From Vicugna vicugna (lineage: Eukaryota), in contig MU059829.1 in assembly GCA_013265495.1 (NCBI GenBank), forward strand, positions 2,976,001-3,040,000: a DNA stretch of 64,000 nt, written 5' to 3'. Of the stretch, positions 1 to 12,754 are shown in pieces (within the stretch, counting starts at the first letter, position 1; every line of letters begins with the position of its first letter). Below the pieces are notes generated by a model. That model did no database searches, was not told the DNA's origin, and was given only the letters and a program-made list of their open reading frames with translations. A program made the position numbers and the translations under genes.

Positions 1-2959
1 GAACCACCAGAGTGAGGTCCAGGTACTTACCCTCTTGCAGAACCCTCTCCAGCCGGCTGGACCTGCAGGTGCAAAGGCCAGGCCGCAGCTCCTCTCCGCG
101 GGGCTGACACTGCGTGGGTCCAACCCTCTGGCTTTCGTACTCGTTTTCTCCCAGTTGCTTCCAGCCTGGGGGTGATGATAACTAGGCTGTCACCTCCTTC
201 CAGGTTTCTGCACGATTCCTGGTGGCTTCTCTAGACTTACTCTGATACAGACAGCCCTTTGTGAGGAACCCTGCTGTGTGTTACTCTCCTCCAGAGCGAC
301 ATTTCCTGTTGGGACCCTGTTCAAGATGATAAAAAATGCTAAGATTTTGGTGAACCAGTGAGGGCAAACTCCACCCAAAGATGCAGATGTTTAAAAAAAA
401 AAGCAGTAGACAAGGTAAGGAGTCATGCCTTCTGGTGTTTCAGACGCAAGCTCATTAACTCCTCACAACTGTCCTGGGAGCATCAGGAGGAAATCTGGAA
501 AGTGCCAGGAGGAGAGGTGGGGGCCCTGGACAGGGGGTGAGGGTGGGAGGAGTTCATGGACGACCATAAGGAGCTTGCAGTTTAATGATGAGAGTCTGGT
601 ACCATTACCACAGTTAGGTCATTCCAGTGCTGAACCGACTCGAGGTGCCACGTACTGTAACAGGAGAAAGCAAGGGTTTTGTGACTTGTACATTTTAAAA
701 AGTCTGTACCAACACACAGTGGCTGGTGCATAAATTATTATTCCGTTTGGAAGATGAGTGGTGCCAGTACCTGGATGTATCACACAGTCCTGGATGCCAG
801 CCCCTTCTCAGCGCGTGTCCCTGTTTTCTCCCGAGATCTTCCTTGATTTACGTATTGGTCCACAGTGAGTGCTTTGAGAGCCGAATTCTCCTCCTGTCTG
901 TGCCCACGCTGAGTTACACGTGCACTTCTTCATGCTCTGATAACCCAAGCCAGCAAGCACTTGGCAAGTATTTACTGACGAGGTAAATGAGGGGAGGGGA
1001 AATTCAGGGGAAACTCGTTCTCTGTGCTGTGGAGCAAGAGCCCTACAGACTCTCTCTCCCTCTCTCCTCTTGCTCTCAGTGGAATCTGATGAATCGTCGG
1101 TGAATCTGGCCCTGTAATCCCTAGGTCAGTCAGTTCCTTCATCCTGCCCTGACCTTATGTTCCCAGTGATCCCTTTGTGGGTCACGTTAATCCTGAGCAT
1201 GCCTCAACTTGACCACAGAGGGTGGAGGGACAGGGAAGGCTATGGGGACAATGAGGGAGATTTCCTATGTTAGCTGTTAGAATAAAGTGATTGACAAGTG
1301 TGGTTTCTCATCAGTCTCATCCATTATTAATGATGTTTTCAGAAAAACACAAAGATGGTTAAGGTATTAATTCTGCGTAATGCTCTATATATCTAATTAT
1401 TTAAAGCTTTTCAAGTTTTGCAACATAAATGGGCAACGCACCATAGAAAGGGCACCTGGAATAAACTCAGTAAACACCCCCCCATCTTCTTTGCATCACT
1501 GAGTGAGGCTTGGCTCCTCCTTATTCTGGGATTGGAGCCTCTTAACACCAAAGGATTGTTAAGTCGCCACTCTTGTTAAATGTCAGTAACTGTAGATGTA
1601 ATTTCTTCCTCCTCTTCTTAGTCTTCTCCTCTGCAGAATACAACATTAGCAACCCTCAGGGTGAGTGTCAGGAGGCTGGGTCATCCGTTACTGCCCTTCT
1701 AACTCCAAAATGCGGAAGTCTGCCGGGAGAAGGACAGACAAACCTTGGTGGCTGTTTTCCAGCCAGAACTGGTTCTCCCCATGTCACGTTAAAGACAAAT
1801 GACTTCACAAATTCAGTATCAATTTGTTGTAACTCACTCAGATAAACTGATGGTACACGCTGCATATTAAGCATTTGCAGTTACAACAGTTTATACCAGA
1901 GCAGAATAGGACATGTGGTTCAGAGTCATTATTTAATGTAAAGCCGAATAAAACCTTGTGGGAAAATGGAGCAGTATAATGCATTGTCTTATAAACCCTT
2001 GGGGAAAAAATAACAACAGAACATTATGAAATAAATGACCCTAAAATTCTACTTTTGACTATAAACCATTTATTTCATTGCCTTTGTTTCCATGGACAGT
2101 GAGTTTATTTCTACCTAAAAAAAAATACCTGAAGCAAAACAGAATGATACTCATTCAAAGTTACCAAATACTCCTGTTAAGGAAAAGCAGTCGATCAAAT
2201 ATGGTCTTTTATAGTGACGCTCCATTTGTCTCTGGATTGTCTTTTGTCTCAGATATAATTATTTGGAAAGGCACATTTTCCAACTTTTGTAATTCTGTTT
2301 TGGGGGACAGTGGTGCAAAATGATGCCTTTGCTACTTTATACAGTTAAAGATGCAGTCACAGTGGTATCATGTTTATCTTTTTAATGTGGTGTTAAAATT
2401 AGTCCACTTCCTAAAATAGCTATTATAAAAGACTTCCCCATCTGCCCTGGGTCATGCTGTGTTATCCACTTACCACTAAAATTGTTATATTCACAGTCTT
2501 TGTTTTCTTAAGTCTGGAATAATTTAAGAGCAAATGGAATACACTGGTGTGTAATATTCTCCTTTTACTTATATTCCAGTATGCTAAAAAGGAAAGAAAA
2601 AGGCTAATCTTATGTTTTACATAATTTCTTCCCTTCCTGTCAGCCTCTAAGCTTAGTAACATAATCACCAAAAATTGGGTTCATCCAGGAAGAGACTCGT
2701 TTCAATCCTCTCTGTGTAAACAGGGATTGGTGGAAGCTAAGGGAAAGAAAAAATAAACCATTAATCCATATTAATAGGGGTGGATGAGAGATACAGCAAA
2801 GGCAAACGGTCCCAGTAGTTTTCATCACTTGGAAAGTAGTTTCTGTGTGATCCACTCCCAGAGTGGGTCATATCATATATAATGTATAATATAATAATAT
2901 ATTTTAAAGCATATATATTCTTACTTATTTTCTACCTCTCCCACTCCCCTTGCCAGAAT

Positions 2960-3080
2960 AGAGACTCTTTGAAGGTGGGTATCTTTGTCTGCTTTCTTCA
3001 CTGGTGTCTGCCAAGTATCCAGCAGAGTCTCAGGCACAGGGAAGTTTCTCAGTAAATACGTGTCTGTTGAACGACTGAGT
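2960..3080 (+). mobile_element. L2 LINE 3' end fragment
   Basis: ctttgaaggtggg...ctcaggcacagggaagtttctcagtaaatacgtgtctgttgaacgactga resembles the L2 terminus (cctggcacatagtaggcgctcaataaatatttgttgaatgaa). Confidence 0.7.
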
Positions 3081-5454
3081 TTCCTAGTTGCACGGTGGCC
3101 TGAAGAAGTGAGACAGTGTGACGTTGTACTGTCCTTCAGTTGGGTCTTTTTATCTCACATCTTACTCCTGCATTCCACAGTCATGCGAGGAAAGACAAAC
3201 AGCTTTTGTGGAGATGCTCAAAACATTCCTTCCCCAGAGGAAAGTACGGTCTCCCGGTGTTTCGTGTAAATGCCTGCCGGAGAGTGCTGTAACAAAGACA
3301 GCAACACCTACCAAGCGTGGAGTGAAAGCAGAGATTTACTGGCTTTCAACCTAGTAGTGGGTCAACTCACAGAAAGTGAGAATCCACAGAGAGGATGCGA
3401 GGCAGCGTTAAATGAGGGCCTCCGCAAGCCGGGCTGCGTTTCCCGTATTAGACCTCCTCGTGCCTCTGAGTCCCTTGAGTCTCTCACTTATAGACATGTG
3501 CTTGGCATTGGCTGAGATACAATCATGCCTGTTATCAGAATTATATGTATTATGTGAAAGAGGCACAAATAATTAAATAGCTGGTCAGTTACAGTCAAAT
3601 GCTGTAGCCTAGGAATGCTTGTACTCATGGTGCCGAAGGAAGCCAAAAAATGTGAGGAACTAGTTTGTCTTTTTCAAGATTCTGTAACAAGGTGACGGCA
3701 TTTTATAGTAAAATCTCCTTGGCAATCCAGAGTCTGTACTCTATAGGTCAGAGAACACTCCACGTGCACTCACTTTCCTTCCTACCACTGCTGCTTGAGT
3801 GCATTTGTCACTGGGCTGATGACTAGGACGTGCAAGTGTTTAGAAAGGTCATTTGAAGAATTGCAGTGAAGACCAGCCCTGCCAGTGTCCAGTGTGTCCC
3901 CAGATTTGGAGCTTGAAGAGGGCTGTGGACAGGAGGGAGATGCGGGAGGGGATAGAGTGAGGCTGTTAATAGACTTGAGTGACCCCCTTAATGAGATCTC
4001 TAAGACGAGGGTCCCCAGGAGCAGGAGTGACTTCATGTCCCTTAGTCTTACCAGCTGTAGATGGTGCTTTGTGTGGTTGCCACCTCTGAAACTTGATTCC
4101 AGACCTAATTTCCAACTGGCATTTTCCTCAGACCATACTTTACCAAGTAACTGGATACATTGTTGTTTTATTAATCCCCATGTGAATAATTCTCAAAAAT
4201 TAACAGGATTTGCTTTATCCAGTTACAAAAACCCCACAGTTTCATAATAATACTGTTATATTCACCAAGCTTGCTGTTAAATCGCTGGCAATGCCACCCG
4301 TCGTCAGGTTTTGTTTTTAGGGGGCTTTATTGCTCTGTTATTAATGTGTGATTTATGTGAACGGTGGTAGACTGGAGTCATTTGTAAAATTGCCACAGGA
4401 AAAGGCACGCCTGCTATTCTCTGTGCTGGGTTTCTGGCGCTAAGTGCTCTAGGTCTAGCTTTAAAGTGGGATTTTGACGGTAGAAAAAAATTATAGCCAC
4501 ATTAACCTCTAACAGTTACATAGAGGTTTAATAAAACACAAGGGATAATTGCCCCAATCTGCTTTGTTCCACCATAAAATATAGTAATATGAAGTTTTGT
4601 AATTATTAAAGATCCTTGTTTTCTTAACAAAGATCCATCCCCATCTAGCTTGAATATAGTGGATTGCATAAATTGCTTCATAAATCAGATAAGTAAATTA
4701 TGCTTGCAGTTTCTAAATAGGCCTTTGTCACTGCAGGAGCTAAAATATCTTTTAAAATGCTGTGGAAAATCTTGCTGTGAAGGGAGCGACTGTCTAGGTG
4801 CATGGGGAGGAATGGGACCACTGGCAACCAGAAGCAAAATGAAGTGGTTCATTGATTATTTATCAGACCACTTACATATCTAATGTCTTAAGTAGCCAGA
4901 AAAAAGGATCTATTAAAACATGTGAAACAAGATATAGCTTGATTGGATTATAGATGGTTAAATTGTGCTGTAAGCCTAGTAGTATGTAAAATCTATTTTA
5001 AAATGGATTCAGGATACAATTGTAGGGCATAATCGATTAATTAAAGGGACAAACCTACTTTGCAAAATGACTGGAGAATGCACTCTTATTGCAAAAAGCC
5101 AATGGGAACAACCTGCAGATCTGAAAGCACAGTATATACACCTTAGCATTTCCGTCACTTAGTTCTTTGGAAACCCAACATATCACACACATTTGTATCA
5201 AATTTCACAAAATAACTTAATCTTCCCATATATTGGCTGAAAAACACTGTAACTCTAGAGAACCGTGGGCCTGTTGGTGTTTGTGTCACTCAGGTACATA
5301 ACTCCGGGAGCAGTTAGGAGAGGGAATTGCTGTTTCATCATAATTAAATTATCTTATATGATCAAAACTTTCTTAGTGGGTAACTTCAATCAGAAGGTCT
5401 AAAGATTAAACGAATTAATCATGGTATCTCCTTTATGAGTTAAATTAAAGCCCT

Positions 5455-5535
5455 CCATTCTATACATAAGGAAACTAAGTCGGTGAGTTAATTAGCCCTG
5501 GTACACAGATCGGAGGGCCAGAGTTTAAAGTCAAG
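5455..5535 (-). mobile_element. MIR fragment
   Basis: aggaaactaagtcggtgagttaattagccctggtacacag resembles the reverse-complement MIR core (gaggaaactgaggctcagagaggttaagtgacttgcccaaggtcacacag). Confidence 0.5.
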
Positions 5536-6121
5536 ACGTACACAGAACATCAAGGGGAATTCAGAAAAAAACACACAACCATTAAGCCTTGTCATTTTAT
5601 TTAAAACACATTTTTAAAGATGTAAGGAGAAAACTGAAAATATTTTCAGATTAAATCTCTTCATTGGAGTGCTGATAGAATTACAGAATCATAAAACTGA
5701 ACTTGACTTTCAGTTTTCAGGGAGAAATCACATGCCCAGGTCAATAACTCAGCCTCACTGCAGGAGAAATTCGGAGTTAAATGGACTGACTGGTGTTGAT
5801 CAGACGGTGATAATGCTGATAATTGATGTTGGTTTTGAGGGAGGGAGGGAGGGAGGTAGTGTGTTTGGTAGCATAGGACAGGTGAAAAGAGGCCTGGGTG
5901 CTGCCTGTTTATTTAGACTGAGGGAGGAGGGGACGTGCCCGTCTTTCTGCACTTATTCAGGGCAAGGCTCTTGGACAAGATGCTGTTTGAAGCGTTCGGA
6001 TTCAGGCCAGAGGCTGGCAGACTGACACCCTACCAGCATCACAGGTGACCCTCTAAGACTCACACCCCTGTTGTGTGTCCTACACGGTGTCTTTCAAACA
6101 CTTTTACTTAGTTGCCAATCC

Positions 6122-7265
6122 CTCTTTTTAACAACAACAAAATCCTTTATTTTGAAATGATTATAATAGATTTTTCTGGAAATTGCAGTAAAATCTGCAA
6201 GGAGGTCTTGTACCTGATTTCCCTGAATGGCAACAGCCGCCCTAATTACGGCATAATCTCAAAACTAGAAACCTGGCTTTGGGATGACCCACAGGGCTTA
6301 TTTGAATTTCACCAGTTTCACGTGAGCTCATTTGTGTGTGTTGTGGGGGGGGGCATGGGTGTGTTTCTACACAGTTGTTCACCTTTGTGGATTCTCATAA
6401 GCACCACAGTCAGGACACGGAGCAGTGGCACCACCACTAGTCTCCCCAGCGCTGCCCTCGCAGTAGCCGCACCACCCCTCCACCTGCAGCCCCTCAGCTA
6501 TGCTCCAGTGTATCAGTTTGTTGTTGCAAGAATGTCACATAGATGGAATCGGACACCACGTAACCTTCTGGGATTGGCTTTTCCCCTGAGCACAACTCCT
6601 TTGTGAGCCATCCAAGTGGCTGTGTGTATCAAATGTGGCTTCCTTTTCACTTCCATGGGGTGTTCCACGGCCTAGATGTAACACCGTTTAACCGTTGGCC
6701 TGTTGAAAGATGGGTTTGTTTCCAGTTTGGGGCTCTTCAGAGTAAAACTGCCATGAACGCTGTGCTGTGAACAGTTTTCCCTGGGACTTGGGTTTTCATT
6801 TCTCTTGGATAAAGGCTGGGAGAGTAATTGCTGGATCATACAGTAATTGAGTGTCTAGTTTATAAGAAACTGCCAAACAGATTTCCAAGTGGCTGTACCA
6901 TTTTATGTTTCCACAAACGATATACATAGGATGTAGTTTCTCAACATTCTTTCCAGCATTTGGTGTTAAGACTTAAAAAAAAAAAGCCATTCTGGTGAGT
7001 AGCTGGTGATACCTCATTATGGTCTTAATCTTCATTTCCTTCACAGAGAGTGATGTTAAACATCGCTGTATGTGCTCATTTGCCGTTTGTGTATCTTCTC
7101 CAGTGAAATGTTAGTTCACATTTTTTACCCATTTTTTTCCTGTTGAGATTTGAGCGTTTGCTCTATATTCTAGATGCTGATCTTCTGTTGGATGTGTGGT
7201 TTGCAAATATTTTCTCTCAGTCTGTAGCTTATCGTTTCATCCTCTTCAAAGGATCTTTTGCAGAC
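6122..7265 (-). mobile_element. Old L1 (L1MB/L1MC-like) 3' UTR and ORF2 end, antisense to CSMD1
   Basis: Diagnostic reverse-complement L1 strings: tttattttgaaatgattata; gtttgtttccagtttggggct; gctggatcatacagtaa; aagaaactgccaaac; gccattctgg...gatacctcattatggtcttaat; ggtttgcaaatattttctctcagtctgtagctt. Confidence 0.9.
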
Positions 7266-7284
7266 CAGTCTCCTTTTTAGCTGA

Positions 7285-7480
7285 TAGATTTCCATCTAGA
7301 AAGCATGGATTCTAGTTTCTTTTAAAATCAGGAAGACTTGGCAATTCTGGGCCTGCAGTCATGCAGCGACAGGGACAGCTGACTGCTGGCTGCCCTGCAT
7401 AGGAGGAGGGTGTGCCCCGTTCACGAGGGCCCCAGACCTGCCTGCGTCCTGCAGCCTGTTTCTGTTTACAGTCCTAAAAC
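7285..7480. mobile_element. Probable hAT-type DNA transposon (MER) fragment
   Basis: ggattctagtttcttttaaaatcaggaagacttggcaattctgggcc...ggctgccc resembles a recalled Charlie-family MER (tttgaaaaatcagaagatctggcaacactgggccc). The exact family is uncertain. Confidence 0.4.
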
Positions 7481-10127
7481 AAACCCTGAGTCTCGGCAGT
7501 TTACATGGCCTGTACATAGAGGCAAAGAAACTGATAAAACGTTCTCATTCATAATCCCATTATTGATCAGACATTCTCATGGGCATTCGAATGAGCTGTA
7601 CTAATCATGGCGTAAGGGAATTTAAATTATGGAAATAAGATTCAATTCAAATGATAAAGAGCAGAAGAAACAGTTCATAAAATCTTGCTGATGTTTTTCA
7701 GAATTCCTGATCTTCTATTTCTTGTTTAGCGCTAGATTTTTAGGTTTAAAGTGGGCAATTTTGTTTCCCTTACTCTGTTGTCTTCAATGCAAAATGGAAT
7801 ATCCTTAATATAAATCATCAAAGATACATAATGATGTTTTAACTTCGGAAGTATTTACCATTTTTTTTACTAATCTATCCAAATTAATTGCCACCCTAAT
7901 TGAATTAAATCGGATAATTTAATTACAGCAAATGATTATATTTATTTGATATACTACTTATTTGGTCATATCCCTTGAGTTCAATGTATTTACATTATTT
8001 TCTTAAAGAGGAAGCAGAAGGAGAGAATTGCTAAGTGGTAATTTATGTCAGAGGAGAAAAACAAGCCATGTTTTAAGATACATGAAAATATATGACAAGT
8101 CAAGGAGATAAACTAACATTAACAAATTGGATAATTAGTAAAATGCTTTGGAAATGGAAAGCACCTTCTTTTGCGAGCGCTGTATATTGCGATTATTATT
8201 AGAATACTTTGCAGGGAATTCAATTTGCTTGTATAAATCACCTATTTTATAGTTTAAACTGTCAGTTTGAAAGGCATATAAAATCCTATAAACCATGTGA
8301 CATCCATGCAAGATACTATTATTGTATATCTAGGAAATTATAGCTTTAAGTAAAAATTCAAGTTCACTAATGGCTACATAAGAAATTTTCCACCCTCCAG
8401 CCCCAAGAAAATCTTCACAGCTTTTTTTGTGCAGATATACATATGATAAGTATTCCACAAGTCTTTGTAGGTTTCTGACATTGGAAAAAATGACCCCATA
8501 TACTTGTGTGTACTTTTTGTAAAGGTTAATTCATGTGCTATTCTTTGAAAGATAGAAAAGAATTAGGAGAATACTAAGTGCATTAGGTGAATGTATCCTG
8601 TAAAGATACAGTGGTAATTTCTGTGAAATGAAAAGAGACTCTCAGGATAAATTGTAGAGGTATTTGCTGATTGACCTGTAATTTGCATACAGTTTACTAT
8701 GTATTGAATATGCTAAGAGTAGGGTTTAGCTATAATCTATCCTCCCAACCAACCAACCAGCCATCTTACTTTAAGGCACGGTTCTTTAGAATCCATGTAA
8801 AGATCATTTATGACATATTTTGACCAAATTTTAGTTTTACGTTTCATGCTATTTACATCACAATGGCATATTTAAATTTGCTTTAATTGAATGAATAACT
8901 TCATTTCTGTTTTTTCTGTTTTTTTGCTCCTTTTAGCAATGAAAATGACAAACTAAAAATCTCTTCTCTGGATGTTCTTGTAAAATATATGAACATTTTT
9001 CTCCATTACTATCATCCTTAAAATAATTTAATTTTATCTGGTGGAAAACAAATGAACAGATACCCTATTTATGTTCTCTTCTGTACCTGTGATAAAATCT
9101 AATTATCATAATATAAAGACAGGCTTGTGTTTCTTACTATTTTTGTATTAATGTTCAGTCTATTAAGAGGATTAGTTGGAGTGTACTTTGTTAAAATGAA
9201 GCTTAGTATATGAGGCAACTTGAGCAATTCCTTTTTATTTTTTGTTAACTCAGCGTTTCTTATTGGGCATTAAGTGCTCTTACTATAGGATACTAATTTG
9301 CAGATTCTGCATTACAGCACTAACGTTTTAACTGGAGGAGGTCTTTGCCAATGTTTCAAAGTCTTCCAAGTTTTGCTGGAATCAGTTCAGGTTTTGACTG
9401 TCCTGAAGGCTCTCTACGGTCTGGTCCCTTCAGCAGCAACCACACACACATGCATGTGCACACACGCATACGTGTGCACCACTCACAGAGGCACTCATGA
9501 TGCTGCCTGCTGATTAATCTCTTACAAATGCCCTTTCTTCCCCAGCCCCCTCTTCCCCAGACTTCCTTTCTCTTCTTTGGGCAAATTCTAAATGGAATCA
9601 TCCTTCAGAACTAAAGTTAAGACTTAGTCTGCACTACTTTTCTGGACACACCCCAACATGGCCGGTACGCTGGGTGCTTAAGTTCTAGAATTTCCCTTTG
9701 CACTTGGAGTGAAGCACTTTTCCTGCCCTCTGCAGTCTCCATCATCGGTTTGTGCCTTGTTGTCCGGGATCACTCCCTCTGCTCTCCCCTGTGCTCCCTG
9801 CACAGCAAAGGCCTTTACCTTTTCTCTGTGTCTCAGCCGCGCTGAGCCCACCGCTCCTCCTGCCTTTTGCATGAGCTATTCCTTCTGCCTGGCCCACTCT
9901 TCCCACTTCTCCTTCCTTTTGCAGCCAAACTCCCTCTGTGTCTCCAATCTTTCCCCTTCCATTCGCTCCTGAACCCATGCCAGTGAGGTTTCTACCCCTC
10001 TTCCTTCACCAAAACCGCTTGTGTGGACATCACCCAGACAACGGCCCCCATTCTCAGGCCCGTCTCTGGTGCCTGCGTCCTCTCTGAATTGTACCTGCTG
10101 GAAAGCCTCAGGAAGCAGGGGGAGCTG

Positions 10128-10592
10128 GTTTTCCCAGCTTATTGAGATGTAATTGATGTATAATGGTGTATAAGCTTAAGGTGTACTATGTGATGATTTG
10201 ATACAGGTGTATATTGCAAATGATTCCTACAATAAGGTTCGTTAACACCTCCATCACCTCACATAATTACTATTATTTTTGTGGTGAGAATTTTTAGGAT
10301 CTACTTTCTTAGCAACTTCCAAACACACAGTACAGTGTTATTAACTATAATCACCATGCTGTAGGTCACAGCCTCGCCTCTTCTTTATTCATTCATCTCC
10401 ATCTCTTAATGGGTATTGTGAATAAGGCTGCAATAAACATGGGGTGCAGATTTATTCAAGATAGTGATTTCCTTTCCCTTTGGACATGCACGGAGAATTG
10501 CGATTGCTGGATCATGTGGTTCTATTTTTATTTTTTTGAGGAACCTCCATACTGGTTTTTCTGTAGCAGCTGCACCAATTTACATTTCCGAC
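10128..10592 (-). mobile_element. L1MA8/L1MA9-like 3' end with internal deletions
   Basis: cagcttattgagatgtaattg...aaggtgtactatgtgatgatttgata...ggatctactttcttagcaacttccaa...ttaactataatcaccatgctgta, then gtgaataaggctgcaataaacatgggg...gaggaacctccatactg. Confidence 0.88.
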
Positions 10593-11601
10593 AAATGTTG
10601 ATCCTTCTAAGTGAAGTTTGCCTGAATCTAGAAATGTTGGTTCCAAAAAGAACTTGTGTATTGCACTTTATTCCAAAGATAGTTTAAGGGTAAAATTTGG
10701 CCAAGTTCTTCTCCACATTGGAATTCAAATAAAGAATTTGAAACTACATAGAATACACAGAAATGGTGACTATAATAAACGCTTTGATGGAAATCCTAGA
10801 GCCAGTTTGCAATAGGATCGCTGTCATGCAGGATGAGGGTGACTCTGCTTCTGCAGCAATGTTATGACTCTGTTTACCTTCTACACCATTATCCAAAACT
10901 AGATTCTAAAGAGATCAAAATGTAGGCATAGGATGATGCGATCTGATTTTGGATGGTGTGTAAGGAAGCCAGGATACATGCACATTCTCTGGCGAGAAAG
11001 GAAAACTCCAATTAGGCATATACTTACGTCTAAATAGGAATGTTAAGAATTTGAGTCATTTAGAAGATAAAGATACAATCTTAAAATTGTTTATTTTCCA
11101 TACTTAGAATTAGCCATCATTAAATTAAAATAGAATAAACTTTATACATTTGGGTTTAACCTATTAATTCTAACGTGTTCTTACGAGTTTAGGTCATAGT
11201 TTTGTCTCATGTGAAACAAAACCTTTACATTTTTCTGAATTTCCTAAAACATAGTTCTATACTGTCATATTTTAAGTGAGTAGTAACATCAAATAAAAAT
11301 AGGCAGACTGCTAGCTTAAAATTCATACATATCCTTTCATCTTAAAATTTTGGCAAAATATTTTGTTATCAAGCTAAGCAAAGCAGATACAGTTTGTTTG
11401 GATAAAAAACCCCGATATATTGGAAATCTGAAGACCTTATAGGGCCTTCGGTAACTTATCAGACTGACTTGTCTCAATTTCCTCATGAGGAAAAAGGATG
11501 ACAATTTCACAAAATAATTATAGGTGTTAAAGCAAAAGAGTAAGACAATATTTTCAGTAGAAGAAAGACAGGCACAAAAATTACATTTTAAAAAGTGCTT
11601 T

Positions 11602-12208
11602 AATTGCTCAGCAAAGAAAACCAAAAAGAAAATGAAAAGACAACCTACAGGATGGGAGAAAGTATTTTCAAACAACGAGACTTTTCTGAAAAGGGCTTTT
11701 ATTTCCAGAATATACAAACAACTCATACAACTCAATAACAAAAAAACAAACAACCCAACCCTAAAAGGGGCAGAAGACCTAAATAAACATTTCTCCAATG
11801 AAGACGTACAAATGGCCAAGAGGCACATGAAAAATGCTCAGTATCACTAATTATCAGAGAAATACAAATCAAAGGTACAATGAAGTATCACCTCAAAGTC
11901 AGAATGGCCATCATTAAAAAGTCCACAAATGATAAATACTGGAGAGGGTGTGGAGAAAAGGGAACTGTTCGTGGAAATGTAGTTTGGTGCAGCCATTATG
12001 GAAAATGGTATAGAGATTTCTCAGAAAATAAAAATAGACTTACCCTATGATCCAGCAATCCCACTCCTGGGCATATTTCCAGAGGGAACTCTAATTTGAA
12101 AAGATACATGCACCTCAGTGTTCACAGCAGCACTATTTACAACAGCTAAGACATAGAAGCAACCTAAATGCCCACTGACAGATGATTGGATAAAGAAAGT
12201 GTGGTATT

Positions 12209-12264
<56 letters not shown>

Positions 12265-12754
12265 CACATACATATACACACTTACATACAGTGGAATACT
12301 AAGCCATTAAAGGTAATAAAATAATGCCATTTGCTGCAACATGGACGAAACTGGAGATCATCATTCTTAAGTGATGTAAGCCAGAAAGGGAAAGAAAAAT
12401 ACCATATGGTATCACTTATATGTGGAATTAAAAAAACACACAAATGAACTTATGAACCCATTTATGAAACAGAGACTGACTCACAGACATAGAAAACATA
12501 GAAACTTATGGTTCTGGGGGGAGAGGTGGTGGGGAGGGGTAAATTGGGAGTTTCAGATTTGCAGACATGAAGTGCTGTATATAAAATAGATAAACAAGGT
12601 CGACTGTATAGCACAGGAAACTATATTCAATACCTTGTAATGACTTATAATGAAAAAGAATATGAAAAGGAATATATATATGTAGAACTGAATCACTGTG
12701 CTGTACACCAGAAATTAAGACAAAATTGTAAACTGACTATACTTAAATTTAAAA
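11602..12754 (+). mobile_element. 5'-truncated cetartiodactyl/camelid-type L1 (ORF2 C-terminus and 3' UTR), sense to CSMD1
   Basis: ORF 11524..11850 contains [11 protein letters not shown]...[19 protein letters not shown]...[21 protein letters not shown] (L1 ORF2p C-terminal). The 3' UTR reads ctgtatagcacaggaaactatattcaata...actatactt. Candidate TSD aaaagtgctt (11591-11600) / aaaagtgttt (12751-12760) follows a TT|AAAA site. Confidence 0.95.
12212..12251. repeat. (TA)20 microsatellite inside the L1, followed by a TA/CA tail
   Basis: Counted directly from the sequence. Confidence 0.95.

Noticed and set aside
48-70. Adjacent palindromes tccagccggctgga (14 bp) and acctgcaggt (10 bp)
   Set aside because: About four 14-bp palindromes are expected by chance in 64 kb, and there is no supporting context.
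10105-10125. CTCF-like motif gaagcagggggagc (similar partial matches at about 27815 and 48220)
   Set aside because: Each mismatches core positions of the CCASYAGRKGGC consensus and cannot be supported without ChIP data.
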